The position numbers and the translations under genes were made by a program. This document shows positions 18,902 through 27,886 of a stretch of 64,000 nucleotides of DNA, one piece after another. Numbering within the stretch: position 1 is the first letter of the stretch; every line of letters begins with the position of its first letter. The stretch lies in contig JADKFY010000002.1 in the NCBI GenBank assembly GCA_016717305.1, positions 189,812 through 253,811 of the forward strand. The letters run 5' to 3'. This DNA is from Flavobacteriales bacterium (GTDB taxonomy: Bacteria; Bacteroidota; Bacteroidia; Flavobacteriales_F; PHOS-HE28). Below the pieces are notes generated by a model. It was given only the letters and a program-made list of their open reading frames with translations. It searched no databases and was not told where the DNA came from.

Positions 18902-20137
18902 ATGAGAACATTCCTTACGCTGCTCTTCCTCACCTGTTCGATGTTGCTCCTTGCACAGGACGTTACGGTGACCGGTTTCGATGGTGAAACCCACACCGGC
19001 GGAAGCACGATCAACAAGACGGTGGAGTTCCCTGCTGATCTTTCCAACGTTTCCCAGATCCTCATGCACATCTCGTTGAGCTGCCCGCCCGGTGGCTGCG
19101 ATCCTTGGGATCGGTTAGCAAAACTGTCGGTCGTTGTCGATGGTGAAGCGATGGAGATCGGACGTTACGCAACGCCCTATCTGCTTTCCACTTGTGGTTG
19201 GACATTGGATGTGACGGACTACAGGAACTACCTCACGGGCACTACCGAATTAGCATCGTCCATAGAGACCTACCAGAACGGTTGGAACATCCACACCTCC
19301 TTCGATTTCATCGAGGGCACACCGGAATACGAGTATGTCACGGTAACCCAGTTCTACCGGGATGACCTTACCTACGGTGACACCTTGTTCTACAGCATCA
19401 ATATACCCGACTATGATTTCATGGTGCCGGAAAATGCGGAAGAGGTCGTCTTTCGGGTGATCAATACGGGGCACGGACAGGGGAACACCGATAACGCGGC
19501 TGAGTTCTCACAGAAGACGCACCACATCCACGTGAATGGTGAGGAGCGCTTTTCGCAGTATTTATGGGATCCGAATTGTGCGCAGAACCCATGTGCGAAC
19601 CAAGCGGGTACATGGCAGTTCGCAAGAGCGGGTTGGTGTCCGGGGAAGGCCGTGGTGCCTTGGGATTATGATGTGACCCAGTGGGGAACGCCGGGCGGAT
19701 CGGTGAACGTGGATTATGTGCTGGAACCGTTCTACAACCTATGCAGCCCATGGAATATCGATTGCACACCGTCGAATTGTAATGGAGGTGCCTGTACTTA
19801 TAACAGCAGCACGCACACGACACCGGTCTACAAGATCGCCTTGCAAATGATATCGAAGAGTTCCACGCAGGTTTCGGTGGAAGAAGTTGATCCAATGGAA
19901 CAACTCGGCATCCAAGTTTTTCCGAACCCCACGGAAGGTTTGCTGAACGTTACCATGAAGCATTCGGCATTGCTCTCAGTCGAAGTGTTGGACATAAATG
20001 GGAAGGCCGTAATGCGAAGCAACATGAACACCACCCGCGATCAACTGGATCTTCGCGAACTAAGGTCCGGCATTTATTTGCTGAAGATGTCCGGCTCCGA
20101 AGGCATCCATTCACAACGTTTCATTCTCACACATTGA
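18902..20137 (+). CDS. PNGase F-like peptide-N-glycosidase with type A T9SS C-terminal sorting domain
   Basis: Start at ATG 18902 (signal LLFLTCSMLLLAQ). FPAD, CDPWDR, EIGRYATPY, DVTDY, TEL, GTPEYEY and RAGWCPGKAV line up with the Elizabethkingia PNGase F sequence as I recall it. The C-terminal VFPNPTEG...GIYLLKM... is a T9SS CTD. Confidence 0.85.
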   Translation: MRTFLTLLFLTCSMLLLAQDVTVTGFDGETHTGGSTINKTVEFPADLSNVSQILMHISLSCPPGGCDPWDRLAKLSVVVDGEAMEIGRYATPYLLSTCGWTLDVTDYRNYLTGTTELASSIETYQNGWNIHTSFDFIEGTPEYEYVTVTQFYRDDLTYGDTLFYSINIPDYDFMVPENAEEVVFRVINTGHGQGNTDNAAEFSQKTHHIHVNGEERFSQYLWDPNCAQNPCANQAGTWQFARAGWCPGKAVVPWDYDVTQWGTPGGSVNVDYVLEPFYNLCSPWNIDCTPSNCNGGACTYNSSTHTTPVYKIALQMISKSSTQVSVEEVDPMEQLGIQVFPNPTEGLLNVTMKHSALLSVEVLDINGKAVMRSNMNTTRDQLDLRELRSGIYLLKMSGSEGIHSQRFILTH

Positions 20138-20149
20138 CCCGACCCCTAG

Positions 20150-21646
20150 ATGAAAAGACAGGTACTCCTCACTTCTACATTGCTCTTGGCAGCAGGAATG
20201 TTCGCGCAAACCCCAGCGGGTAACGCCTTCCACATTGATTACGACGAGTTCCAAAGCTCGAACTCCCTCAAACACCTGGATGCGGGCAACAATGCGGTCC
20301 TGAACCCGGGTGATCAACTCACCGCGATGTGCTGGATCCAACTCCGGGACATTGGCGACAATCAGAAGATCCTGGGCAAGTTCAATTTGGACAACACCGG
20401 TTACATCCTCGCTGTGGACCAAGGCAAAGTGTATGCGGAAGTATGGAATCCCACCCACTATGACCCCTTGAACGGATTGATGAACCCCACTGCACAGTAT
20501 TGGTACCACATAGCCATGACCTATACACGCGGAGTTGCATTGAAGTCCTACATCAACGGCGTTGAAGTCGGCTCCACGGTGGTTTCCAATGCGCCGATCA
20601 GCACCAGCAATAACCGGTTGATCATTGGTGTCTCTTCATGGATGGAATTGGGCTCGTTCCAAACGTTTGGAAATTTGGATGAGATCGCGTTGTACAACGT
20701 GGCACTTACTCCTGACCAGATCAAGGCGCAGATGTTCAAAGGGATCGATGGGTCAGAAGCGGGTCTCATCGCGGGCTACAATTTTGATGCACCCATTGGC
20801 AACACAGCGGCCGATCTTTCCGGCAATGGCAATACGGCGGTCGGTAGTGCCACATTTACGGGAACAGAGTGGGCAGAATCGAAAGCTCCGCTCGCCGATG
20901 ACAACACCGCAACGGCATCGGACCTGAATGCGATCTGGAAAGGGAAGAGCCTTACCGGTCCGTGGTTCACTTCCACCACCAACGGGCTCAACCTAACGGC
21001 CACGGCCATGGACACCACTGATTACGCAGTGTTCGGGCATAACGAAGGTATCGGCGTCACGGCGAATGACATTCCCACGAATGCACCTGCCGACTTCATG
21101 CGCACCGAGCGCGTTTGGCCTTTTACCAGTTTGGGCGATGCCAGCATGTCCATGGTCATGAACTTGAATGCGGCTGCAGGCGGCGGGACCGTTTTGGACT
21201 TGACGCAACCGGCCTGGAATTATGCACTTCTATGGAGGCCTGCGGGAGCAAGTGGTTTCGTTGCCGTTGCGAATGGATCCAGCTTCATGAATGGAGTGGT
21301 CACCTTTACCGCACAAATGCCGAATAGCGGTGAGTACGCCATTGGAGTGGGCAGCGCGATCACCCAACCGATAGGGATCGAAGAGCATGTGAATGTTGCC
21401 GCGTTCAAAATTGCTCCCAATCCGAACCAAGGGGTCTTTGCGGTAAGCATGGAGCGCGCTATAAAAGGTGCGGCCAATTTACAGGTCATGGATGCCGCCG
21501 GAAGGATCGTTCATCAAGAAGCGATCCGTTCAAGTGGTGTGGTGGGCCGTGTGCACATGGACCTGGGCAGCGTTGCAAAGGGGATCTACTTGGTCAAATT
21601 ATCTGCAGGCGGATCGTTCCATCAGCAGCGCATTGTAGTGGAGTAA
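20150..21646 (+). CDS. LamG/concanavalin-like lectin domain protein with type A T9SS sorting domain
   Basis: Signal LLLAAGMFAQ. NLDEIALYNVALTPDQIKAQM is the LamG_3 tail. C-terminal KIAPNPNQGVF...GIYLVKLSAGG is a T9SS CTD. Confidence 0.8.
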   Translation: MKRQVLLTSTLLLAAGMFAQTPAGNAFHIDYDEFQSSNSLKHLDAGNNAVLNPGDQLTAMCWIQLRDIGDNQKILGKFNLDNTGYILAVDQGKVYAEVWNPTHYDPLNGLMNPTAQYWYHIAMTYTRGVALKSYINGVEVGSTVVSNAPISTSNNRLIIGVSSWMELGSFQTFGNLDEIALYNVALTPDQIKAQMFKGIDGSEAGLIAGYNFDAPIGNTAADLSGNGNTAVGSATFTGTEWAESKAPLADDNTATASDLNAIWKGKSLTGPWFTSTTNGLNLTATAMDTTDYAVFGHNEGIGVTANDIPTNAPADFMRTERVWPFTSLGDASMSMVMNLNAAAGGGTVLDLTQPAWNYALLWRPAGASGFVAVANGSSFMNGVVTFTAQMPNSGEYAIGVGSAITQPIGIEEHVNVAAFKIAPNPNQGVFAVSMERAIKGAANLQVMDAAGRIVHQEAIRSSGVVGRVHMDLGSVAKGIYLVKLSAGGSFHQQRIVVE

Positions 21647-21759
21647 AGAGCTCGATCGTTTCCTTCCAAGTGCAATGGCGAGTGATCCTCGCCATTGTTC
21701 ATTTGGGCTTGTTCCACAAGTACAATTACCTTCACCGCCGACAAATTCGAACACACCAA

Positions 21760-22995
21760 ATGAGATCGATCTTCACCCTGCTTGCATTTGCGGGCACCCT
21801 TACAACTTTCGCCACCGACCGTATCGTGGAGGAATTCGGCCAAGCACCCGCCTACGCGAACATCACATCAGCAGTGGCTGCTGCTGTTGATGGCGATCGC
21901 ATCATCGTGAAGAACAGGGCCGGGAACATTCCGTGGATCGAGAACATCACGGTGAACGCGAGCCTTCAGTTCTTGAGCTTCGCGAACGACGATTTCTTCT
22001 ACGTCCAAGGTGGCTATACGATCACCGGTGCTGCTGGCCGCCAGGTCACCATCATCGGCATGCGCAACACTTCGGGCAGCATGGCCTTCGTTTCGGGCGG
22101 AGGTGTTCGGGGAACGAAGGTGCGTCTCGTCGATAGCTACTTCGTGAATGGTAGCGTGAGCATGAACAACAACAACTTCGATGTGGATGTGATCGGTAGC
22201 ACCTTCCTGAATGGTTCTGTTTCGATCAACTACGGCAATGTGGTCGGATGCGACATCGATGCATCCGCGCTCACCGATGAAGGCATCAGTATCACGGGGA
22301 ATGCCTCCGGTTTCACGCTTGATACTTGTGCGATCATCGGGAACAAGGTGAAAGGTCCGGTGAGCTACGAAGGCATCTTCTCCAGTTCTGAAGGTCAAGT
22401 GCTACACATCCGCAACAACTTCATCCAGCACGGATGGATGGGCATCGAGATCTACGAGGGCAACACATCCGGTGTGCAGAACCTGATCTGGAACAACACC
22501 GTCGTCGCGTACACCGGTCAGTTCACGACGTATGGCATCAGTTTGGCGAATACCAACACGGGCAGTGTGTGGGAGGTGATGAACAATGCCGTCACGCGCA
22601 CGTGGAACAACTCGAACAACCGAGGGATCAACAGAGATAGCGGGAATCTCGGTCAGATCAACGTGTACTTCAACCACGTTTCAAATGAACTGCTCATACC
22701 GGTTTCCCCTAGTTTCACTTTTGAATCGGACAACACCGTCGATCAGGTCATCACGTTGAACGCGGACGGCACGTTCGCCAGTCCAGGCGCATGCATCGAT
22801 GGGGGCAATCCTGCCGGTGTACTGAGCGATCTGGACCTGTCACCTGGTGACGCCGGTGCATACGGGGGCTCCTATACACTGACGAATTTCCATCCGTTGC
22901 ATACCGGTTCCGCCCGGGTGTATCTCACAGGACACCCGTTCAACGTGCGTTCCGGTGCAACCTTGCGTGTGAAGGGTGTAGCTTTCGATCGCTAA
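21760..22995 (+). CDS. secreted right-handed parallel beta-helix repeat protein, hypothetical
   Basis: Start at ATG 21760 (signal FTLLAFAGTLTTFA). Repetitive N/G/V/I-rich 22-25 aa turns (NNFIQHGWMGIEI, NLIWNNTVV, NNAVTRTW). No CTD seen. Confidence 0.6.
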   Translation: MRSIFTLLAFAGTLTTFATDRIVEEFGQAPAYANITSAVAAAVDGDRIIVKNRAGNIPWIENITVNASLQFLSFANDDFFYVQGGYTITGAAGRQVTIIGMRNTSGSMAFVSGGGVRGTKVRLVDSYFVNGSVSMNNNNFDVDVIGSTFLNGSVSINYGNVVGCDIDASALTDEGISITGNASGFTLDTCAIIGNKVKGPVSYEGIFSSSEGQVLHIRNNFIQHGWMGIEIYEGNTSGVQNLIWNNTVVAYTGQFTTYGISLANTNTGSVWEVMNNAVTRTWNNSNNRGINRDSGNLGQINVYFNHVSNELLIPVSPSFTFESDNTVDQVITLNADGTFASPGACIDGGNPAGVLSDLDLSPGDAGAYGGSYTLTNFHPLHTGSARVYLTGHPFNVRSGATLRVKGVAFDR

Positions 22996-24068
22996 TGCTG
23001 GAGGTCATGCGAATGCGAACCATATTCCTATCTGCTGTCGTGTTCTTGTGTACACGGTTGGTCGGCCAGACGGGGTTGTTGTCCACCGAATATTTCTGGG
23101 ATGCGGATCCCGGGCAAGGCAACGGCATCGCCTTGGTCGCCGTGGATGGCAGCTATGACCAAGCTCTGGAATTGGTCATGGCCCAAACAGGGTCACTACC
23201 CAGCGCTGGAGAGCATTCATTCTCCATCCGAGCACATGACTCGGACGGCAATTGGGGACCAGCCTTCACTACGTTGGTCCAAGTGTTACCGGGTTCGGTC
23301 AACTTTCCGGATGTCCAAGTGAATGAAGGTGAGTACTACTGGGATACCGATCCCGGCGAAGGAAGTGGTAGTCCTTTGTTCGCATTGGACGGGAATTACA
23401 ACGATGCGTTGGAAAACATCGGTGCCGATATTGATCAACTGCCTGCACCCGGTTTGCATGTGCTGAGCATGCGCACGTTGGATGTGAACAGCAACTGGAG
23501 CGCTCCGTTCAGCGTTGTTGTGGAAGTGCTTACGGGCAGCGTCACCTTCCCTGCTATACATATCTCGGCAGCGGAATACTGGTTCGATACCGATCCGGGC
23601 GAAGGAGCTGGAACACCCATGTTGGCTGCGGACGGTGCATTCGACAATGCCATCGAAAGCATAAAGGGCAATGCGATCCCCGTTCCTGTTATCGCAGGGT
23701 TCAATGTGCTTTGGATGCGAGCTCAAGATGATGATGGTGGCTGGGGCCCATCGTTCGGTGTTGTTGTGAATATGGATACCACGATCACTGGAACAGTGGA
23801 TGTGCCGGAAGTGAACACGGATGCGACCACATTTGTCTTAGCGCCGAATCCTACAACTGCAGATGGCGGTTTCCGGGTCGAGCAGCAAGGCCAACCACAG
23901 CGCATCCGTATCCGCGTATTGGATAGCCAAGGTCGCTTGGTGCTGGATAGGGACTACGGCAGTCGTTCCAAGGTCGATGTCGCGCTAGATGGCGTTGCTA
24001 CGGGAATGTATCCAGTTGGTGTGTTCATCGGAGATCAGGTCACTTGGCACTCTGTCGTGGTGCATTGA
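22995..24068 (+). CDS. secreted protein with three tandem 81-aa EY(F/Y/W)(W/F)DxDPGxGxG repeats and type A T9SS sorting domain
   Basis: Its ATG shares one base with the upstream TAA (TAATG at 22993-22997). The repeat period is exactly 81 aa (E32, E113, E194). The C-terminal LAPNPTT...GMYPVGVFIG is CTD-like. Confidence 0.75.
   Translation: MLEVMRMRTIFLSAVVFLCTRLVGQTGLLSTEYFWDADPGQGNGIALVAVDGSYDQALELVMAQTGSLPSAGEHSFSIRAHDSDGNWGPAFTTLVQVLPGSVNFPDVQVNEGEYYWDTDPGEGSGSPLFALDGNYNDALENIGADIDQLPAPGLHVLSMRTLDVNSNWSAPFSVVVEVLTGSVTFPAIHISAAEYWFDTDPGEGAGTPMLAADGAFDNAIESIKGNAIPVPVIAGFNVLWMRAQDDDGGWGPSFGVVVNMDTTITGTVDVPEVNTDATTFVLAPNPTTADGGFRVEQQGQPQRIRIRVLDSQGRLVLDRDYGSRSKVDVALDGVATGMYPVGVFIGDQVTWHSVVVH
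23085..23781 (+). repeat. three in-frame 243-nt tandem coding repeats
   Basis: The protein repeats TEYFWDADPGQGNG..., GEYYWDTDPGEGSG... and AEYWFDTDPGEGAG... each end in ...W(G/S)(P/A)(A/P/S)F...V.V with spacing conserved. Confidence 0.8.
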
Positions 24069-24100
24069 TTTGGCATTTCCATGATGCGGTTTCTTCGATC

Positions 24101-24775
24101 ATGGATCCGGTACATCCTTTCATAGCGCAACTTCACGCCACCTTCAAGCGGCACGCCAACGCGGAGAGCGCTGCGGCGATGAGCGCCTACATGAAGGGGC
24201 ATTTTCCGTTCTTCGGGATCAAGACCCCACAACGCCGGGAGTTGTTGAAAGAGCACATCGCGTTGTTCGGAGCACCGGAGATCCATGACCTACCTGCCAT
24301 TGCACGGTCGGCATTTGCGTTGCCGGAACGTGAGATCCATCAGGTGGCGATCGATCTCTTGATGAAGAATGCAAAGAAGCTGACACCGGATCAACTTCCG
24401 CTATTGGAGGAACTGATCACCACCAAGAGTTGGTGGGATAGTGCGGATGCATTGGCCGTACACGCGGTGGGCACCATCCTGAAGAGGTATCCGAAGGAGA
24501 TCACAAAGTGGAACGAGCGCTGGAACAGTAGCGACGACATGTGGTTGAACCGAACGTCGATCCTTTTTCAATTGCGTTGGAAGGCCGACACGGATACGGA
24601 ACTCTTGTTCGCGAACATCGATCGACAGTCGAAGAGCCAGGAATTCTTCATCCGCAAAGCGATCGGCTGGTCCTTGCGCGAATTGGGTGCGACGGACCCT
24701 AAGGCGGTGCGAGCGTTCGTGGCAGCGCGAAAATTGTCGCCCTTGAGCACGCGCGAGGCGTTACGAAAGTTGTAG
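24101..24775 (+). CDS. DNA alkylation repair protein (AlkD-like HEAT-repeat family)
   Basis: Start at ATG 24101. AMSAYMKGHFPFFGIKTPQRRELLK, WWDSADALA, WLNRTSILFQL and FIRKAIGWSLRE are family signatures. Confidence 0.85.
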   Translation: MDPVHPFIAQLHATFKRHANAESAAAMSAYMKGHFPFFGIKTPQRRELLKEHIALFGAPEIHDLPAIARSAFALPEREIHQVAIDLLMKNAKKLTPDQLPLLEELITTKSWWDSADALAVHAVGTILKRYPKEITKWNERWNSSDDMWLNRTSILFQLRWKADTDTELLFANIDRQSKSQEFFIRKAIGWSLRELGATDPKAVRAFVAARKLSPLSTREALRKL

Positions 24776-24809
24776 TTCGATCAATTATCAACGGAAGGAG
24801 TCCTTCACC

Positions 24810-26291
24810 CTAACGCACCAAGGTGATCACGCCTTGCTTGGAGATCTCATTGGTCGGTTCGCAGGGATCCCGCATGCGCATGGTGTAAGCGTACGCACCG
24901 ATCGGTAAGCCCGACCCGTCCCACTTTTGTTGGGTGTCCGTTGTGCTCCAAAGGCTGGCTCCCCAGCGGTCGAACAATCGGACCTCATACCCGGTATCAG
25001 GGATGTCCACCTCTCCGGGCCAGGTATCATTGATCCCATCCCCATCCGGTGTGAATGCATTGGGCAGGAACAAGGTGGGTTCAGTGCGCACGTCTATGTG
25101 CACGGACATGGTGTCATCACACAAGTTGGGCTGTGTTGAATAGAAGGTAAGGTCATACTCCTCGTATCTCCGCATATCCCAGCGAACATACCCCCTGCAG
25201 AGGTCAATGACCAAGCTGTCCCGAATGAAGAATGCGCAAGAATCCGATGTACTTGCGAAGACAAGGTCCACCATTGGGGTGCATGGTACCTGTTCCACAG
25301 TGAAGTTTGCTGGTAATCGTGGGCGCACATAAACACTGTCCACGACCGGTGGACCACCACAACCGAAAATGTCGAAACCCTGCAGGGAGATGGGCTGCCA
25401 ATCGGTTTCCGTGTAACTGATGGATGGTTCGCTCAGGTTGCTAAAACCCGAAGAGCCCCAACGCCAAACAAGTGAATCAGCAGTGGAGGAGGTAGTGATC
25501 GCAACACCGCTGACCCGCAAGCACAAGGTATCCGGTGCAGCGAACGCCACTGTAGGGTATGGCAATTCAGTTAGAGTAAGGTCGCCCATTGCGGTGCAGC
25601 CACTAATGGTGTCGATGGCGGTGACTTCGATGAGACCTTCGGTCCCCGGGACAATTTGGATGTTCGTTGTGGTCTCTCCAGTACTCCAGAGGTAGACGTG
25701 TGGTGAGAAGCCAAATTCCGTAACACTGGTCAACTGAGGCGGTTCGGATGGGCAGTACGTGCTGGCGCCTTCGATGAAGATGTCCGGGTCGCCAAGCGTG
25801 CCGGTCACGGAAAAGGGGCAAGGGCCACCGTTGATGGTCACCGTGTAATCCCCAACGCCCAAGTTCGTGCGATCCGTGGCTGTCAGGTTCGGTGCATCGG
25901 TCCATTGCCAGGTGTAGGGGCCCGGGTTCAAGGAAAAGCTCACCGACCCGTCCGTTAAACCGGCGCAACTGATATCGGTGGTGGTGATATTCCCGAGTGG
26001 CTGCACGACAGGCTCGTCGACCACCGCATCAAGCACGGAAATACATCCAAGCGTGTCTTGCACGATCACAGAATAGGCACCAGAGATCAAGCCGGTGGCC
26101 GTGGCACCGGTCAAACCGGCATCGTGGAACCAGTTGTAGGTGTAGGGACCACCGGTACCCACCACGGTCAGCGTACCGTTCGCATCACCCGGACAGGTGG
26201 GCAATGTGCTGTTCAAGCTGACCGAACAGGGGTCTTGGCAGAAAGCTGCCAAGGTCAACGGTAAGAAAAGGATCAACGTAGCATATCGCAT
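24810..26291 (-). CDS. SprB-repeat surface protein with gliding-motility-associated (type B, CHU_C) T9SS C-terminal domain
   Basis: Start at 26291 (signal LILFLPLTLAAFCQ). CPGDANGTLTVV...PYTYNW and CAGLTDGSVSF...PYTWQW are SprB repeats. C-terminal PNAFTPDGDGINDTW...VRLFDRWG matches the CHU_C pattern. Confidence 0.85.
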   Translation of the reverse strand: MRYATLILFLPLTLAAFCQDPCSVSLNSTLPTCPGDANGTLTVVGTGGPYTYNWFHDAGLTGATATGLISGAYSVIVQDTLGCISVLDAVVDEPVVQPLGNITTTDISCAGLTDGSVSFSLNPGPYTWQWTDAPNLTATDRTNLGVGDYTVTINGGPCPFSVTGTLGDPDIFIEGASTYCPSEPPQLTSVTEFGFSPHVYLWSTGETTTNIQIVPGTEGLIEVTAIDTISGCTAMGDLTLTELPYPTVAFAAPDTLCLRVSGVAITTSSTADSLVWRWGSSGFSNLSEPSISYTETDWQPISLQGFDIFGCGGPPVVDSVYVRPRLPANFTVEQVPCTPMVDLVFASTSDSCAFFIRDSLVIDLCRGYVRWDMRRYEEYDLTFYSTQPNLCDDTMSVHIDVRTEPTLFLPNAFTPDGDGINDTWPGEVDIPDTGYEVRLFDRWGASLWSTTDTQQKWDGSGLPIGAYAYTMRMRDPCEPTNEISKQGVITLVR

Positions 26292-26389
26292 CGAACTCCA
26301 AAAAAGGAGTGCGAAGGTCGTGAATTCCGTGCAAATGGGACGCGGCTCACACACCGGGTATGGTCTGGAGTTACTTTCTCTGGCTTTGA

Positions 26390-27538
26390 TCAAGGAACGA
26401 TCTCCACTTCCTGCCAAGTTTGGTTGTTCACGGCATTGTCCGCATTGGGGTCATACATCACGTCGTTACTGGGGATGTATTCACCATTGTTGTTCATCCA
26501 ATATTGGTTCGATCCGGACTCTACTTGGTACTGTTGTCCGTTGGGGTTGGCCACGGTGTATTCATCCTTGATATAGTTCGTGAACTGTTGCTGGTTGTGG
26601 TCCATGGACTCCATCCGGGAATTGTAGCCATCCATAGAGGCTTTGTTAATGGCATCCCAAGTACTTCTGTGCGTTGCTTGTTGCTGGTCGAAATTGCGCT
26701 GGTTCTGTTGCATTTTGGTATTGTGCTGGGACCAGCTCTGGTTGGCCTTTTGTTGCTCGCTGGCATTGTAGGCCGCGATCTGTTGTGGATTGTCCTGCGT
26801 GTTGATGATGCCGTTCAATAGAGCCCGTTTCGCAAATTCGTATTGGTCCTGATCAGCGGTGAGCGCCTGCATGTTCGTATACCAGAAAGCATCGTTCTGT
26901 CCTTGGCTGACGGACATGTTCACGATCATGAACAACGGTTTGCCTTCCTGGTTGCGCCATTCGGTACCCAGGGCGAAATGCTGGTCCCGGGAAGGCGCTA
27001 CTTTGAACAACTTGGCGCTGTAAGCCCTGTTCCGTTCGGCTACCTGCGGAATGGGATATTGCTTCATCAATTGGAAACCATTGCCGGTCATCTGTGGGAC
27101 CAGATCTTGTTGCAGGTACGCGCTGATATCCATGGGTCGCCGCATGGCTTGCCCTGCCATTTGATAACTGCGTTGCATGTTCGGGTCATTGGAGTACGTG
27201 TTCGTGGAACCGGAACGGTAAAAGACCTTCACCCCACCGGGGCCAACGATCTGCGGATCCTGCGGGTTTTGTGGCGTTACTATTTTCCAACTTGCGGGTA
27301 GTGGCATCTGGTAGCTGACCATTCCCGTTTTCGCATCCACAACATTGTGCAGTGTAACATTTCCGCCACCGTTGTTGGTCGGTTGGTCGGTGCCCGCATC
27401 CATACCTCGCTCATCATTGTAACCCGTGTCCCCATATCCTTCTTCGGCCATTGCATATTGATCGTTGCTCGGGTCGTTATTACAACCTGTCGCAGCCAGG
27501 AAGGAAAGGGCGAGAAGGAGGAAGTGTGTGGTTTTCAT
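26390..27538 (-). CDS. Q/N-rich lipoprotein, hypothetical
   Basis: Start at 27538 (MKTTHFLLLALSFLAATGC lipobox). The C-terminal third is strongly Q/N-rich. No family recognised. Confidence 0.65.
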   Translation of the reverse strand: MKTTHFLLLALSFLAATGCNNDPSNDQYAMAEEGYGDTGYNDERGMDAGTDQPTNNGGGNVTLHNVVDAKTGMVSYQMPLPASWKIVTPQNPQDPQIVGPGGVKVFYRSGSTNTYSNDPNMQRSYQMAGQAMRRPMDISAYLQQDLVPQMTGNGFQLMKQYPIPQVAERNRAYSAKLFKVAPSRDQHFALGTEWRNQEGKPLFMIVNMSVSQGQNDAFWYTNMQALTADQDQYEFAKRALLNGIINTQDNPQQIAAYNASEQQKANQSWSQHNTKMQQNQRNFDQQQATHRSTWDAINKASMDGYNSRMESMDHNQQQFTNYIKDEYTVANPNGQQYQVESGSNQYWMNNNGEYIPSNDVMYDPNADNAVNNQTWQEVEIVP

Positions 27539-27886
27539 TCTTCGTGTTTTCGTGTTGATCATTCCTTTACCAGTGCCAAATTAGCTAGAGGACATGATAA
27601 CAAACACAAAACCACCCGAATTGGGGATAGGGGGTAACGGCGAAGTTCTCCGGCGGCGATCTCATCGGAATTGGCATGCGCGGAGATGCTAATGTGTCCG
27701 TTGGGAAGAATTGCGTCCAATGCACCGAGGTCCAAGGTCCTGTTAAGTCTTTGGGACACCAATGTCCCATGCTCCGAGCGAGAGTCGGGTGTCTCTTCCA
27801 GCATGGGAACAGCACCCGCACTTGTGCTTTCAAGTTCGGTCACCGCTAGGAGAATGACCAACTGGGAGGTGTTCGAGGCTTCTCGT

